Shown here piece after piece: positions 18,344 through 28,290 of a stretch of DNA of 64,000 bases (position 1 is the stretch's first letter; every line of letters begins with the position of its first letter). This stretch comes from Alphaproteobacteria bacterium. GTDB taxonomy: Bacteria; Pseudomonadota; Alphaproteobacteria; Futianiales; Futianiaceae. The translations under genes were made by a program, and so were the position numbers. Where the stretch lies: positions 1,249,252-1,313,251 of the forward strand of contig OZ242016.1 of assembly GCA_965204825.1 (NCBI GenBank), given 5' to 3'. The notes below the pieces were generated by a model, which did not search any database, was not told the origin of the DNA, and saw only the letters and a program-made list of their open reading frames with translations.

Positions 18344-19555
18344 CTAGATAATCCCCTTCTCGCGCAGATCCGCTTGCGCCGCATCATCCAGTTTCAAAAC
18401 CTCGCCATAGACATAATCATTGTGCTGGCCAAGCTCAGGGCCGGCATGTCGCACGGCGCCGGGCGTGTCCGACAGCTTGGGAGCGACGTTCTGGATTTTC
18501 ATCGGTCCGAAATCGGGATGCTCAACCTCGACAATCGCCTCACGGGCCTTGAAATGTTCGTCTTTCAGCATGTCCTCGGCCTTGTAGATCAGACCGCAGG
18601 GCACGCCGTTTTCATTCAGCAGTTCTTCAAGTTCAGTCAGCGGAATGGTTCTAGTCCAGTCATTGATCATGTCGTCCAGTTCGACCTGGTACCGGCCGCG
18701 CGCCGAATGGGTGGCATAGCGCTCGTCCTCGGCCAGTTCCGGGCGACCCATGACCGCGGCCAGCCGGATAAACACCGTGTCCTGGTTGGCCGCGATCAGC
18801 AACAGCTTGCCATCGGCGGTATCGAACACATTGGACGGCGACACATTGGGCAGGATAGCGCCGGTTCGCTCGCGCACGTAACCGGCCACATCGTATTCGG
18901 TAACCAGACTTTCCATCATGTTCAGAACGGATTCATAGATCGCGCTGTCGACAACCTGGCCTTTGCCGGTGCACTCGCGCGCATGCACCGCCATCAGCGC
19001 GCCCATACAGGCATGAACGGCCGCCAGTTCGTCGCCAATGGAAATCCCCATCCGGCTCGGCTGGGTCGATGGGTCGCCGACCACATAGCGCAGACCGCCC
19101 ATCGCTTCGCCGATCGCGCCATAACCGGCGCGCGATGCATAAGGACCGGTCTGACCGTATCCGGTAACGCGCACCATGATCAGACGTGGATTGATCTCGG
19201 CCAGTTGTTCGTACCCCATATTCCAGCGCTCCATGGTGCCGGGCCGGAAGTTTTCGATCAGGATATCGGTGTCCCTGATCAGATCGTGAACGATTTTCTG
19301 TCCCTCGGGGGTGCGCAGATTGAGAGTGATCGATTTCTTGTTGCGCGCCACGACCGGCCACCACAGAGATTTGCCATGGGGCTTTTCCCGGCCCCATTCG
19401 CGCATCGGATCGCCGGTACCGGGCTGTTCGCACTTGATCACTTCCGCGCCGAAATCGGCCAGCAGCTGACCACAGAATGGACCGGCCAGAAGCTGTCCCA
19501 TCTCCAGAACGCGCAGATCGGTCAGCGGTCCCTGTCTCGGTTTTTCCTCGGTCAT
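18344..19555 (-). CDS. CaiB/BaiF-family (class III) CoA-transferase
   Basis: LRVLEMGQLLAGPFCGQLLADFGAEVIKCEQP and the length and family pattern are typical of formyl-CoA / succinyl-CoA:acid CoA-transferases. Confidence 0.85.
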   Translation of the reverse strand: MTEEKPRQGPLTDLRVLEMGQLLAGPFCGQLLADFGAEVIKCEQPGTGDPMREWGREKPHGKSLWWPVVARNKKSITLNLRTPEGQKIVHDLIRDTDILIENFRPGTMERWNMGYEQLAEINPRLIMVRVTGYGQTGPYASRAGYGAIGEAMGGLRYVVGDPSTQPSRMGISIGDELAAVHACMGALMAVHARECTGKGQVVDSAIYESVLNMMESLVTEYDVAGYVRERTGAILPNVSPSNVFDTADGKLLLIAANQDTVFIRLAAVMGRPELAEDERYATHSARGRYQVELDDMINDWTRTIPLTELEELLNENGVPCGLIYKAEDMLKDEHFKAREAIVEVEHPDFGPMKIQNVAPKLSDTPGAVRHAGPELGQHNDYVYGEVLKLDDAAQADLREKGII

Positions 19556-19657
19556 GTTTCCCTTTTTCCTTTTATCCCGGGTCCGCGAGTTCCAATGCGC
19601 TGGATTTAGCGGTTTGGTCATGTTAACCTGTTCCTAAATTCATAAGGGAACCACAGT

Positions 19658-20617
19658 ATGGCAAGCGATTTTGTCGAAATCATCGAGGTATCGCCACGCG
19701 ACGGCATCCAGAACGAAAAGAAAATCCTGTCAACGGAAACCAAGCTTGAACTGATTGACCGGGCCGTGAAGGCCGGCGCGGCGCGGATCGAGGTCACCAG
19801 TTTCGTCAATCCCAAGCGCGTGCCGCAAATGGCCGACGCCGACGATGTGGCCGCCGGCCTACCCCGGCCGGTGGATTGCCGGTATATCGGCCTGACCCTC
19901 AACCGGCGCGGATTCGACAGGGCGGTTGCCGGCAGATTGGACGAGGCAAACTTCGTCGTCGTTGCTTCGGACACTTTCAACCGGAAGAACCAGGGCTGCT
20001 CGACCCAGGACAGCATTGATGCCTATCTCGACGTTTCGGAAACCGCACCGAAGACGATCCGGACCGGCGTCACCATCGCCGCCGCATTCGGTTGTCCGTT
20101 CGAGGGCGAGACGCCGCTGAAGCGCCTGATGCAGGTCATCGACGAATGCATGGAAGCAAACCCGTTCGAACTGGCCCTGGCAGATACCATCGGCGTCGCC
20201 ACCCCAAGGGATGTGGCCGAGCGGGTTGGCGCGGTGCGCAAGGCATACCCCGACACCCCGATCCGCCTGCACCTGCACAACACCCGCAATACCGGCATCG
20301 CCAACGCCTGGGCAGGGCTTGAGGCCGGCGCCCGGACACTGGATGCCAGTTTCGGCGGCGTCGGCGGCTGCCCCTTCGCCCCGGCCGCCACCGGCAATAT
20401 CGCGACGGAAGATCTGCTCTACATGCTGGACCGGTCCGGCGTGGTGACCAACATGTCGCTTGATCTGGCGATCGAGGCCGCCGAATGGCTGGAACGCCAG
20501 CTCGGTGAAACCGTTCCGGGCATGGTGATGAAGGCCGGCAAATTCCCAGGCCGCAACAGCTTGAAGCCGCCGAGTAGGCACAGGATTGGCTGCCGCCAGT
20601 TTTCTTTCCAAATCTGA
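19658..20617 (+). CDS. HMG-CoA-lyase-like (HMGL/citramalyl-CoA-lyase family) TIM-barrel lyase
   Basis: VEIIEVSPRDGIQNE...RIEVTSFVNPKRVPQMAD...LHLHNTRNTGIANAWAGLEAG is the HMGL-like signature. Confidence 0.85.
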   Translation: MASDFVEIIEVSPRDGIQNEKKILSTETKLELIDRAVKAGAARIEVTSFVNPKRVPQMADADDVAAGLPRPVDCRYIGLTLNRRGFDRAVAGRLDEANFVVVASDTFNRKNQGCSTQDSIDAYLDVSETAPKTIRTGVTIAAAFGCPFEGETPLKRLMQVIDECMEANPFELALADTIGVATPRDVAERVGAVRKAYPDTPIRLHLHNTRNTGIANAWAGLEAGARTLDASFGGVGGCPFAPAATGNIATEDLLYMLDRSGVVTNMSLDLAIEAAEWLERQLGETVPGMVMKAGKFPGRNSLKPPSRHRIGCRQFSFQI

Positions 20618-20634
20618 AATTTGAAGGAAAAATC

Positions 20635-21117
20635 ATGGCACTGCGCGTAGGCGACCGGGTTCCTGATGTTCCGTTGGTCCAGATGACCAGCGATGGCCCG
20701 GCGCCGCTATCCCGGGACGAACTGTTCGGTGGCAAAAAGGTCGTGGTGTTTGCCGTCCCCGGTGCCTTTACGCCGACCTGTTCGGCACAGCACCTGCCAA
20801 GCTTTCTGGCCAATGCCGAAGGGATCACGGCGAAAGGAGCGGAGGCGATCGCCTGCATCTCGGTCAACGATGTCTTCGTAATGCATGCCTGGGGCCAGGC
20901 CAGGGATCCGGACGGTATGGTCGTGATGCTGGCCGACGGCTCGGCGGCGTGGACAATGGCCTCCGGACTGGAATGGGATCTGGGAGACCTGGGTCTGGGC
21001 GTGCGGTCCCAGCGCTATGCCATGATCGTCGAGGACGGTACGGTGACCCACATCGCTGTGGAACAAGGCGGCGCGTTCGAGGTCTCCAGCGGCGAGGCGA
21101 TTCTGGCGGCGCTTTAG
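20635..21117 (+). CDS. Prx5-type peroxiredoxin
   Basis: VVFAVPGAFTPTCSAQHLP is the peroxidatic-Cys motif, and the 160-aa thioredoxin fold fits. Confidence 0.85.
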   Translation: MALRVGDRVPDVPLVQMTSDGPAPLSRDELFGGKKVVVFAVPGAFTPTCSAQHLPSFLANAEGITAKGAEAIACISVNDVFVMHAWGQARDPDGMVVMLADGSAAWTMASGLEWDLGDLGLGVRSQRYAMIVEDGTVTHIAVEQGGAFEVSSGEAILAAL

Positions 21118-21980
21118 TCCCGCGACCATTTCCTGTTGAAGGCCCAAACGTCCTCGAACCCGATCAGGCGGCAGAACTCCTTGAAATCGAACAGGGAAAC
21201 CGAAGGGTCCTGGGAGGTGCCGATTTCCTTCAGGCTGGTCAGCACGCCCTGGACTGCATGGGCCGCCGCCAGCGAAGTGGCACCGGGAAAGATCGCACAG
21301 GCATAACCGAGATCTTCCAGCTCTGCCGCCGAACGGATCGGTGTGTCACCGCCGTCGGCCATATTGGCGATCATCGGTGCACCCACTTCGTCGCAGGCGC
21401 GGCGCATTTCATCATCACTGGTCAAGGCTTCGACAAAGACGATGTCGGCACCGGCTTCGGCGAAGGCGGCGCCCCGAGCGACGGCGCTGGTAAATCCCTC
21501 GGCCTGGCGGATGTCGGTGCGGGCAATGATCAGGGTGTTCTTCGGGTCGCGGCGAGCCTCGCACGCCACCTTGATCTTGTCGGCCATCTCTTCCAGGGGG
21601 ACACAGCGCTTGCCCGGCGTATGGCCGCATTTCTTGGGGAATTCCTGATCCTCGATCTGGATGGCGGAAATGCCGGCCTCTTCATAGCCGCGCACGGTGT
21701 GATGGACATTCAGCAGACCGCCATAGCCAGTATCGGCATCGGCAATGACCGCGGCATCGGCGGTGCGCGCCAGGGTCGAGACCCGGTCCAGCATCTGGGT
21801 ATAGGTGGCGATCCCGGCATCTGGCAGGCCGTAGGCCGACGCGGTCATCCAGTAGCCGGAGCCATAGACCACGTCGAAGCCGATCTTGTTGGCAATGACC
21901 GCCGTCATCATGTCGTGGACGCCAGGCGCCAGGAAAAAGGCGCCACGATCCAGCTTGTCGCGAATGGTCGGATTGCTCAT
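21114..21980 (-). CDS. PEP-mutase/isocitrate-lyase-superfamily enzyme (2-methylisocitrate-lyase / oxaloacetate-decarboxylase / dimethylmalate-lyase-like)
   Basis: GSGYWMTASAYGLPDAGIATYTQM...ADTGYGG...ISAIQIEDQEFPKKCGH...IIARTD matches the ICL/PEPM family motifs. Confidence 0.8.
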   Translation of the reverse strand: MSNPTIRDKLDRGAFFLAPGVHDMMTAVIANKIGFDVVYGSGYWMTASAYGLPDAGIATYTQMLDRVSTLARTADAAVIADADTGYGGLLNVHHTVRGYEEAGISAIQIEDQEFPKKCGHTPGKRCVPLEEMADKIKVACEARRDPKNTLIIARTDIRQAEGFTSAVARGAAFAEAGADIVFVEALTSDDEMRRACDEVGAPMIANMADGGDTPIRSAAELEDLGYACAIFPGATSLAAAHAVQGVLTSLKEIGTSQDPSVSLFDFKEFCRLIGFEDVWAFNRKWSRD

Positions 21981-22088
21981 GCGTCTGTCTCCGGGAGTTT
22001 CAGATGGTCGGAGATTTCAACCTCGAACATTACGTCGCCATGCCTGGCGTCCATGTCCATCAGGTTGACGCCGTCCCGCGGTCGCCAG

Positions 22089-22295
22089 TCACCAATTGGC
22101 CTTGAGGCGAAACGGAATGCCCGAGACCGTGCCCTCGACCACCGAACCTGTCGTGGCGGCGGACCGAGGTGCGGTCTGCCCGGGCACCGCCCGGGGGGAT
22201 TCCGGCGCGGCAACCGGTTTGCCGGCCAGTTCGTCGAATTCGCGCCGGCCCCTGTCGAGAAGTTCGTCGAAGCCGGATGAAAATTTCGAAGCCAT
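22089..22295 (-). CDS. small hypothetical protein (68 aa) between the isochorismatase-family gene and the PEP-mutase-family gene
   Basis: MASKFSSGFDELLDRGRREFDELAGKPVAAP... starts 3 nt after the upstream stop. I recognise no family. Confidence 0.3.
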   Translation of the reverse strand: MASKFSSGFDELLDRGRREFDELAGKPVAAPESPRAVPGQTAPRSAATTGSVVEGTVSGIPFRLKANW

Positions 22296-22297
22296 GA

Positions 22298-22969
22298 TCA
22301 AGCGCCTCCCGCCGCCTGTGCCGAGCCATAGGGCGACAACCCGTCCACATAGGCGAGGCATTCGGTCAGCGACACCACATCGGCATATTTGGCGTCGATG
22401 TCGAACAGATTGGCTTCGTGCGGTCCCTCGGCACGGTCGCCGCAGCCCTCGCGCACCACGATGGTCTGATAACCGTATTGCAGCGAGTCGACGGCCGAGG
22501 CCCGGACACAGCCGCTGGTCGTGCACCCGACGATGACACAAGTATCGACGCCGTGGTTGCGGAAATAGATGTCCAGATTGGTGCCGAAGAACGAACTGGC
22601 GTATTTCTTCGAGATGATATAGTCGCCCGTCCCCGGTTTGATCCGCGCGTCGACTTCGCACATGGGCGAGCCGCGCAGCAGGATGCTCAGCGACGGCACC
22701 TTCCTGATAAAGACGCCAGCATCGGCAAAACCAGGCTCGTATTCGATCACGGTGTAAACAATCGGCAGATCAGCCTTGCGAAAGCTGTTCAGCAGTTTGC
22801 CGGTCGCGTCAAGCTGGCTGGAAAAGTCGCCGCCCAGCGGCGATGTCGGGTCGGTAAACCCGACCATATAGTCGACAATCAGCAAACCTGGCCGCCTGCC
22901 ATAACCCGACCGCACCGCAAACCCCTTGCTTCGATAACTCGCCAGCGTGTCTTTCTGCCAGTTGTGCAT
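22298..22969 (-). CDS. isochorismatase-family cysteine hydrolase (N-carbamoylsarcosine-amidase / maleamate-amidohydrolase / nicotinamidase-like), copy 1
   Basis: LLIVDYMVGFTDP...DLPIVYTV...CVIVGCTTSGCVRASAVDSLQYGYQTIVVREGCGDR gives the catalytic Cys in the conserved GxxTxxCVR context. Confidence 0.75.
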   Translation of the reverse strand: MHNWQKDTLASYRSKGFAVRSGYGRRPGLLIVDYMVGFTDPTSPLGGDFSSQLDATGKLLNSFRKADLPIVYTVIEYEPGFADAGVFIRKVPSLSILLRGSPMCEVDARIKPGTGDYIISKKYASSFFGTNLDIYFRNHGVDTCVIVGCTTSGCVRASAVDSLQYGYQTIVVREGCGDRAEGPHEANLFDIDAKYADVVSLTECLAYVDGLSPYGSAQAAGGA

Positions 22970-23102
22970 GGTAACGTCTCCCGCCGCCAGTTTGGGCCAT
23001 GCCGCAACTCTTGCCAACGGCAATGACCTGTTCCAAAGTTAACAGCATAATCGGCATCCGGCAACGCACTCGCGGCGTTGCCCGCAAGGGGACGGCAGGT
23101 AG

Positions 23103-24140
23103 ATGAGCAAATTTTCGGGACCGGGAAGACGGCCCTATGGTTCGGGGGCGCCGGGCGCCATGACCGGTCCGCGCTATCAGCCAAGGCCGTTGATCTCACC
23201 GTCGTCCGATGCCTCGTCCTTGGCCTCGCGCTCGCTGGTCAATGGCGGCAAGAAGGAAATCCTGTGCGCCATCGGCGTCGATGTGGATGCGGTGGCCGGT
23301 TGGCTGGGATCCTATGGCGGCGAGGATTCGCCGTGCGACATTTCCCGCGGCCTGTTCGCCGGCGAGGTTGGCGTGCCGCGCATGGTCCGCCTGTTCAACC
23401 GGCTGCAGATCCCGACCACCTGGTTCATTCCCGGCCACTCGATCGAAACCTTCCCCGATGAGATCAAAATGGTCGTCGATGCCGGCCACGAGATCGGCAT
23501 GCATGGGTATTCCCACGAAAATCCGATCGCCATGACACCGACCCAGGAAGAGGCGGTGATGGATAAATGCATTGACCTGATCGAGCGAGTCTCGGGCCGC
23601 CGGCCGACGGGGTATGTGGCGCCCTGGTGGGAATTCAGCCCGATCACCAACGAGTTGCTGCTGTCCAAGGGCATCAAATACGACCACAGCCTGATGAATG
23701 ACGATTTTCATCCGTTCTATGTACGGGTCGGCGACAGCTGGACCAAGATTGACTATTCCAAACAGGCTGAAGAATGGATGAAGCCGCTGGTACGCGGTGT
23801 CGAAACCGATCTGATCGACATTCCCGGCAGTTGGTATCTGGATGACCTGCCGCCGATGATGTTTATCAAGGGGGCGCCCAACAGCCACGGCTTCGTCAAT
23901 CCGCGCGACATCGAACAGATCTGGACCGACCAGTTCGACTGGGTCTATCGAGAATACGATTATGCGGTCTACACCCTGACAATCCATCCCGATGTGTCGG
24001 GCCGGCCCCAGGTGCAACTGATGCTGGAACGGGTGATCGACTACATCACCTCCCACGCCGGCGTTCGCTTTTGCACCTTTGACGAGATCGCCGACGATTT
24101 CGCCCGCCGATGCCCCCGCAACCAGACCGCCGCGGAATAA
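23103..24140 (+). CDS. polysaccharide-deacetylase-family (NodB fold) hydrolase, PuuE-allantoinase-like
   Basis: [15 protein letters not shown]...HGYSHENP...YVAPWWEF resemble PuuE/CE4-like metal-dependent amidohydrolases. The true start may be an internal Met (e.g. MTGPRY). Confidence 0.75.
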   Translation: MSKFSGPGRRPYGSGAPGAMTGPRYQPRPLISPSSDASSLASRSLVNGGKKEILCAIGVDVDAVAGWLGSYGGEDSPCDISRGLFAGEVGVPRMVRLFNRLQIPTTWFIPGHSIETFPDEIKMVVDAGHEIGMHGYSHENPIAMTPTQEEAVMDKCIDLIERVSGRRPTGYVAPWWEFSPITNELLLSKGIKYDHSLMNDDFHPFYVRVGDSWTKIDYSKQAEEWMKPLVRGVETDLIDIPGSWYLDDLPPMMFIKGAPNSHGFVNPRDIEQIWTDQFDWVYREYDYAVYTLTIHPDVSGRPQVQLMLERVIDYITSHAGVRFCTFDEIADDFARRCPRNQTAAE

Positions 24141-24146
24141 TTATCC

Positions 24147-24473
24147 ATGTGTGGCCTGTGCGGCATATTGGGCGGCAAGGGACACTGGACCGACAGTTCG
24201 ACGACGCTGGACGCTTTTGCCGGGCGCACTGATACCCACACCATGCAGCGTGAGCGCATGGAGCGGACCGCGCTGGTCAACCGGGTACTGAAGCCATACC
24301 GGCTTTCGCTGAAAGACTGGTCGGGGACGTCCTATATGCTGCAGGGCGGCACCGGCAAGACGGCAATGGTCGATAATCTGTCTCAGATGTGGGCCGAGGC
24401 AGAACGCATGACCGGCCAGGATTTCGACCCGCTGGATGAAGCGCTGATCGATGAACTGGCGGCGGATCGCTGA
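24147..24473 (+). CDS. hypothetical 108-aa protein starting MCGLCGILGG, in an operon between the deacetylase and the COG0523 GTPase
   Basis: It starts 6 nt after the deacetylase stop and overlaps the GTPase start by 4 nt (GCTGAATGG). I do not recognise the family. Confidence 0.45.
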   Translation: MCGLCGILGGKGHWTDSSTTLDAFAGRTDTHTMQRERMERTALVNRVLKPYRLSLKDWSGTSYMLQGGTGKTAMVDNLSQMWAEAERMTGQDFDPLDEALIDELAADR

Positions 24474-25508
24474 ATGGCCTATGGCGAGCTGATCCCGGTC
24501 AATATGGTCACCGGCTTTCTCGGCAGCGGCAAGACAACCCTGTTGCAGCGGTTGTTGACGTCAACGCTGCTGGCCGACACCGCCGTGCTGGTCAACGAGT
24601 TCGGCGAAGTGGGCCTTGATCATCACCTGCTGCAAAGCGCAACCAATCCGACATTGCTGATGGACAATGGCTGTGTCTGCTGCGCCATTCGCGGCGATCT
24701 GCAGGACGCCCTGCGGGACCTGTTCAATCAGCGAGAGCGTCGCGAAATTCCGGCCTTCAAACGTGTGGTGATCGAAACCTCCGGCCTCGCCGATCCGGTG
24801 CCGATTGCCTATACGGTGCTGGCCGAACCGGTGCTGCGGCACCATTTCCGCCTCGGCAGTGCCATAACCGCGGTCGATGCGGTGAACGGCCTGAACCAGC
24901 TTGAGGAGTTCGAGGAGTCGGTCAAACAGGTTGCCGTGGCCGATCGGCTGATCCTGACCAAGACCGACATCGCCGAAGAAGGCCAGATTGCCGCGCTGAA
25001 GAACCGCCTGGCCGGGATAAACCTGTCGGCGCCGATACTGGACGCCTCGAGCGACGATCTCAGTCCGCAAAGCCTGGTCGTCGAGGACCTGCACGACCCG
25101 GCCGGCAAGGTCCGCGAAGTCGATCACTGGACGGCGGCAGCCGCCCAGCCCCTGAATCACCATCATACCGAAGGGGTTACGTCATTCGCCCTGGTGCTCG
25201 GCCGACCGCTCGACTGGACCGCCTTCGGCATCTGGATGACCATGTTGCTCAACCGGCACGGAGACCGGCTGCTGCGGATCAAGGGGCTCCTGAATGTCAC
25301 TGGCGTCGCAACCCCGGTGCTGATCAACGGGGTCCAGCACGTCGTTCATCCGCCGGTGCATCTGGAAGCCTGGCCCGACGCCGATCGCCGGTCGCGTCTG
25401 GTATTCATTGTCAATGGAATGGACCGCCAGCGGATTGAAGCCTCGCTGTCGGCCTTCAATGGCCTGGCAAACCCGGTGGATGTTGAAAGAGTTACGTTGT
25501 CTGCCTGA
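24474..25508 (+). CDS. COG0523 (CobW/HypB/UreG-family) GTPase, zinc-metallochaperone-like
   Basis: It has GFLGSGKTTLL (P-loop), CVCC, ETSGLADP and a C-terminal CobW_C domain. Confidence 0.85.
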   Translation: MAYGELIPVNMVTGFLGSGKTTLLQRLLTSTLLADTAVLVNEFGEVGLDHHLLQSATNPTLLMDNGCVCCAIRGDLQDALRDLFNQRERREIPAFKRVVIETSGLADPVPIAYTVLAEPVLRHHFRLGSAITAVDAVNGLNQLEEFEESVKQVAVADRLILTKTDIAEEGQIAALKNRLAGINLSAPILDASSDDLSPQSLVVEDLHDPAGKVREVDHWTAAAAQPLNHHHTEGVTSFALVLGRPLDWTAFGIWMTMLLNRHGDRLLRIKGLLNVTGVATPVLINGVQHVVHPPVHLEAWPDADRRSRLVFIVNGMDRQRIEASLSAFNGLANPVDVERVTLSA

Positions 25509-25514
25509 ACCCGT

Positions 25515-26040
25515 TCAGGACCGCGACGATTGCGTCCGCCTGGGCGGCGCGCGTCTTGTGGTCCAACCATCACGGAAGGCCCGCACCATATGGTGCAGCA
25601 GATAGAACAGCAGCGCCAGGATCACCAACAAAACGATGGCCAGCAGATTTTCGCCGAGCCCCGAACCGATAATCGGTTCATCGCCCATCAAATGCAGGGC
25701 CAGCATGGCGACAGCCTGCAAGGTTGCACCGGCCAGAAAGATCACCGCGATCAGAATCGAGATCTGCAGGGTGTCGAACACCAATACCGTGACATCCAAC
25801 GACGTGACCTGCACCGAAAGGTTCTGACGGAACGAACTCCAGTGCGACACGACATAGGCGATAACGCCGACGGTGGAGGCGAACCAGAAGATCACATTAG
25901 TGAAATGGATGTTGGGGATGGCGTCGATCAGAAAGGTTTCGAACGGCGCGTAGAAATACAGAAAGATCAGACCTATGATGATCGCGATCAGGCCGATCCA
26001 GAAACGGGGCCGGCGGCTGACTTCGATTGCTTCAGACATG
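25515..26040 (-). CDS. small 4-TM membrane protein, unknown family (paralog of 39615-40127)
   Basis: MSEAIEVSRRPRFWIGLIAIIIGLIFLYFYAPFE...NVIFW...HW...LQAVAMLALHL... has the same conserved pattern as the second copy. It is transcribed divergently from hyuA1. Confidence 0.55.
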
Positions 26041-26233
26041 ATGTCACCTTGAATGAAAGGTCCGGCCGATCCGTCGGCGTTTCGTCGTCGGATCGTATCG
26101 AAATTCATTTCCCTGTCAAACAGCATGGGGCAATGGTGGTTTACATCGTTGACCCCGCCGCCCGCATGGGAAATCATGTTTTCGATCGGTCACCATTCAA
26201 TCGCCATTTCAGGCAGGGGATGAGGGAGGGGCA

Positions 26234-28288
26234 ATGCCAAGCCGTCTCGGCATTGACGTTGGAGGCACGCATACGGACTTTCTGTTGTTCGAAGGAACAA
26301 CCGGCCGGATCCATGCGCTCAAAACCCCGTCAACACCCGACGATCCGTTACGTGCCATCCAGCACGGGCTGGAAGAACTGATGCATGCCTCGGGCATTCA
26401 GGCGGACGAGATTACCGATCTGGTGCACGGCACCACGCTGCCGGTCAATCTGGTGCTGGAACGCAAGGGCGCAAAGGTCGGCCTGCTGGTCACCAGAGAC
26501 TTCGAGCAGGTTCTGCATCTGGCGCGCGGGCGCACGCCGGGGCCGCTGACCGGCTGGATGCATATGGACAATCCCGAGGCGCTGGCCGACCTGGGAATGA
26601 CCCGGGGGATCGTCGAGCGCGTCTCGGCCCATGGCGACACGATCACTCAGCTGGATGAGGCCGCGGCGCGCCAGGCAATCGCCGAACTGTTACAGGCCGG
26701 CGCGGAGACGCTGACGGTTTCCCTGCTGCATTCCTATGCCAATCCGGCTCATGAATTGCAACTCAAGGCCATCATCCGGGAAATGAACGAGAAAATTCCG
26801 GTCTCGCTGTCCTGCGAACTGACCCCGGAAGCCGGCGAGTACGAACGAACCCTGGCGAGCGTGATGAACGCCTATGTCCAACCCGGCATGCAGCGCTATC
26901 TCGGCGGTCTCGAAGATCGGTTGAAGTCGGTTCAGGCCGGACCGGAAATCAAGATAGTCCAGTCCTCCGGCAGCCTGACAAGTGCGCGCCAGGCCGCCGA
27001 GACGCCGGTACAGGCCATGACGGCCGGCCCGGCCGGCGGTGCGGCCGGCGCGGCGCGCATTGCCATGTTGGCGGGGTATCCGGACGCGCTGTCGCTGGAT
27101 ATGGGCGGCACGTCGGCGGACATCGCCCTGATCCGCAACGGCATGGCGCGGATGGCGAACCAAACAAATGTGGGCGGCGAACCGGTTACCGTCCCGTCGC
27201 TCAATGTGCGCAGTATCGGCGCCGGCGGCGGGCTGATCGCACATATGCCGATGCCGGGCATGTTGCGCGTCGGGCCGCAAAGCGCCGGAGCTGTGCCAGG
27301 CCCGGCCTGTTACGGACGCGGCGGAAAAACGGCAACGGTAACCGACGCCCATGTGGTGCTGGGCCGTCTGCCGGGCGCGCACCTGTCGCTGGATGTTCAG
27401 GCGGCGGCGAATGTGATGGCCGCTTTCGGGCGCGAACTGGGCCTGGATCGCCACCGCGCGGCCGAGGGTATAATCGACATTGCCAATGAATCCATGGCCG
27501 GCGCCCTGCGCCTGGCGGCCGTGGAAAAAAATCAGTATCCAGGCAATCTTGCCCTGGTCACCTTTGGCGGCGCCGGGCCAATGCACGGCTGTGCCCTGGG
27601 AACGCTGACCGGCGCCCAGCCCGTTATCGTTCCACGCAATGCCGGCGTTCTGTCCGCGCTGGGATTTCTGACATCCGATACAACCGGCCAATTTACACAA
27701 GGGGTGTGCCGGACCCTGGATAATATCGGAATACAACAGATCGGCGAGATCATCGAACGGCTCGGCGCCCGGGCTGCGGCTTGGCTTGCAGCGGAAGGCG
27801 GCGGTGGAACCCGGAGGGTCAACTACCGGGCCGACGTGCGTTATTTCCGGCAGGAATTCCAGACATCGCTGGAGGTCGATCCGGTGAGCCTGGCCCATGG
27901 CGGCCTGAACGCACTGGCCGCCCGTCTGGGCGATGCACACCATCGCCGATTTGGCATGAAGCTGGACCAGCCGGTTGAGATCGTCGCCCTGCGCGCCATC
28001 GCCGCCGTCAAGGAAGAGCATGCTACCTTGCCCAAGTCCGAGCGTGGCGGCCCCGATCCCGCCGCCGCCAGGATTGACGAGACACAGGTCTATTTCGACG
28101 GCGGCTTTACCAGGACCGCCATCTTTAAGCGCAAGAAGTTGACCGCCGGCAACCGGATCCCGGGACCCGCGATCATCGTCCAGAAAGATGCGACCACAGT
28201 CATCCATCCCGGCCATATCGGCGAGGTGGATGATTATCTGAACATTCTTATCCGGACAGAGGGCGCAGCGCCCGGACGGCGGCACTGA
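26234..28288 (+). CDS. hyuA: hydantoinase/oxoprolinase subunit A (HyuA-like, ATP-dependent N-methylhydantoinase A family), copy 1
   Basis: LGIDVGGTHTDFLLF, the sugar-kinase/Hsp70-like ATPase fold and overall colinearity with the hydantoinase A / acetone-carboxylase beta family support the call. Confidence 0.9.
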   Translation: MPSRLGIDVGGTHTDFLLFEGTTGRIHALKTPSTPDDPLRAIQHGLEELMHASGIQADEITDLVHGTTLPVNLVLERKGAKVGLLVTRDFEQVLHLARGRTPGPLTGWMHMDNPEALADLGMTRGIVERVSAHGDTITQLDEAAARQAIAELLQAGAETLTVSLLHSYANPAHELQLKAIIREMNEKIPVSLSCELTPEAGEYERTLASVMNAYVQPGMQRYLGGLEDRLKSVQAGPEIKIVQSSGSLTSARQAAETPVQAMTAGPAGGAAGAARIAMLAGYPDALSLDMGGTSADIALIRNGMARMANQTNVGGEPVTVPSLNVRSIGAGGGLIAHMPMPGMLRVGPQSAGAVPGPACYGRGGKTATVTDAHVVLGRLPGAHLSLDVQAAANVMAAFGRELGLDRHRAAEGIIDIANESMAGALRLAAVEKNQYPGNLALVTFGGAGPMHGCALGTLTGAQPVIVPRNAGVLSALGFLTSDTTGQFTQGVCRTLDNIGIQQIGEIIERLGARAAAWLAAEGGGGTRRVNYRADVRYFRQEFQTSLEVDPVSLAHGGLNALAARLGDAHHRRFGMKLDQPVEIVALRAIAAVKEEHATLPKSERGGPDPAAARIDETQVYFDGGFTRTAIFKRKKLTAGNRIPGPAIIVQKDATTVIHPGHIGEVDDYLNILIRTEGAAPGRRH

Positions 28289-28290
28289 TC

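Noticed and set aside
18374-19609. 411-aa plus-strand ORF
   Set aside because: It is a mirror ORF of the CoA-transferase gene with no motifs.
20136-22280. 243-aa minus-strand and 443-aa plus-strand ORFs
   Set aside because: They overlap well-supported genes (HMG-CoA-lyase-like, peroxiredoxin, PEP-mutase-family) in other frames, and their composition is typical of GC-rich non-coding frames.
26690-28285. 531-aa ORF on the minus strand
   Set aside because: It is exactly antisense to hyuA1, with Arg/Gly/Ala-rich low-complexity translation typical of high-GC shadow frames and no recognisable motif.
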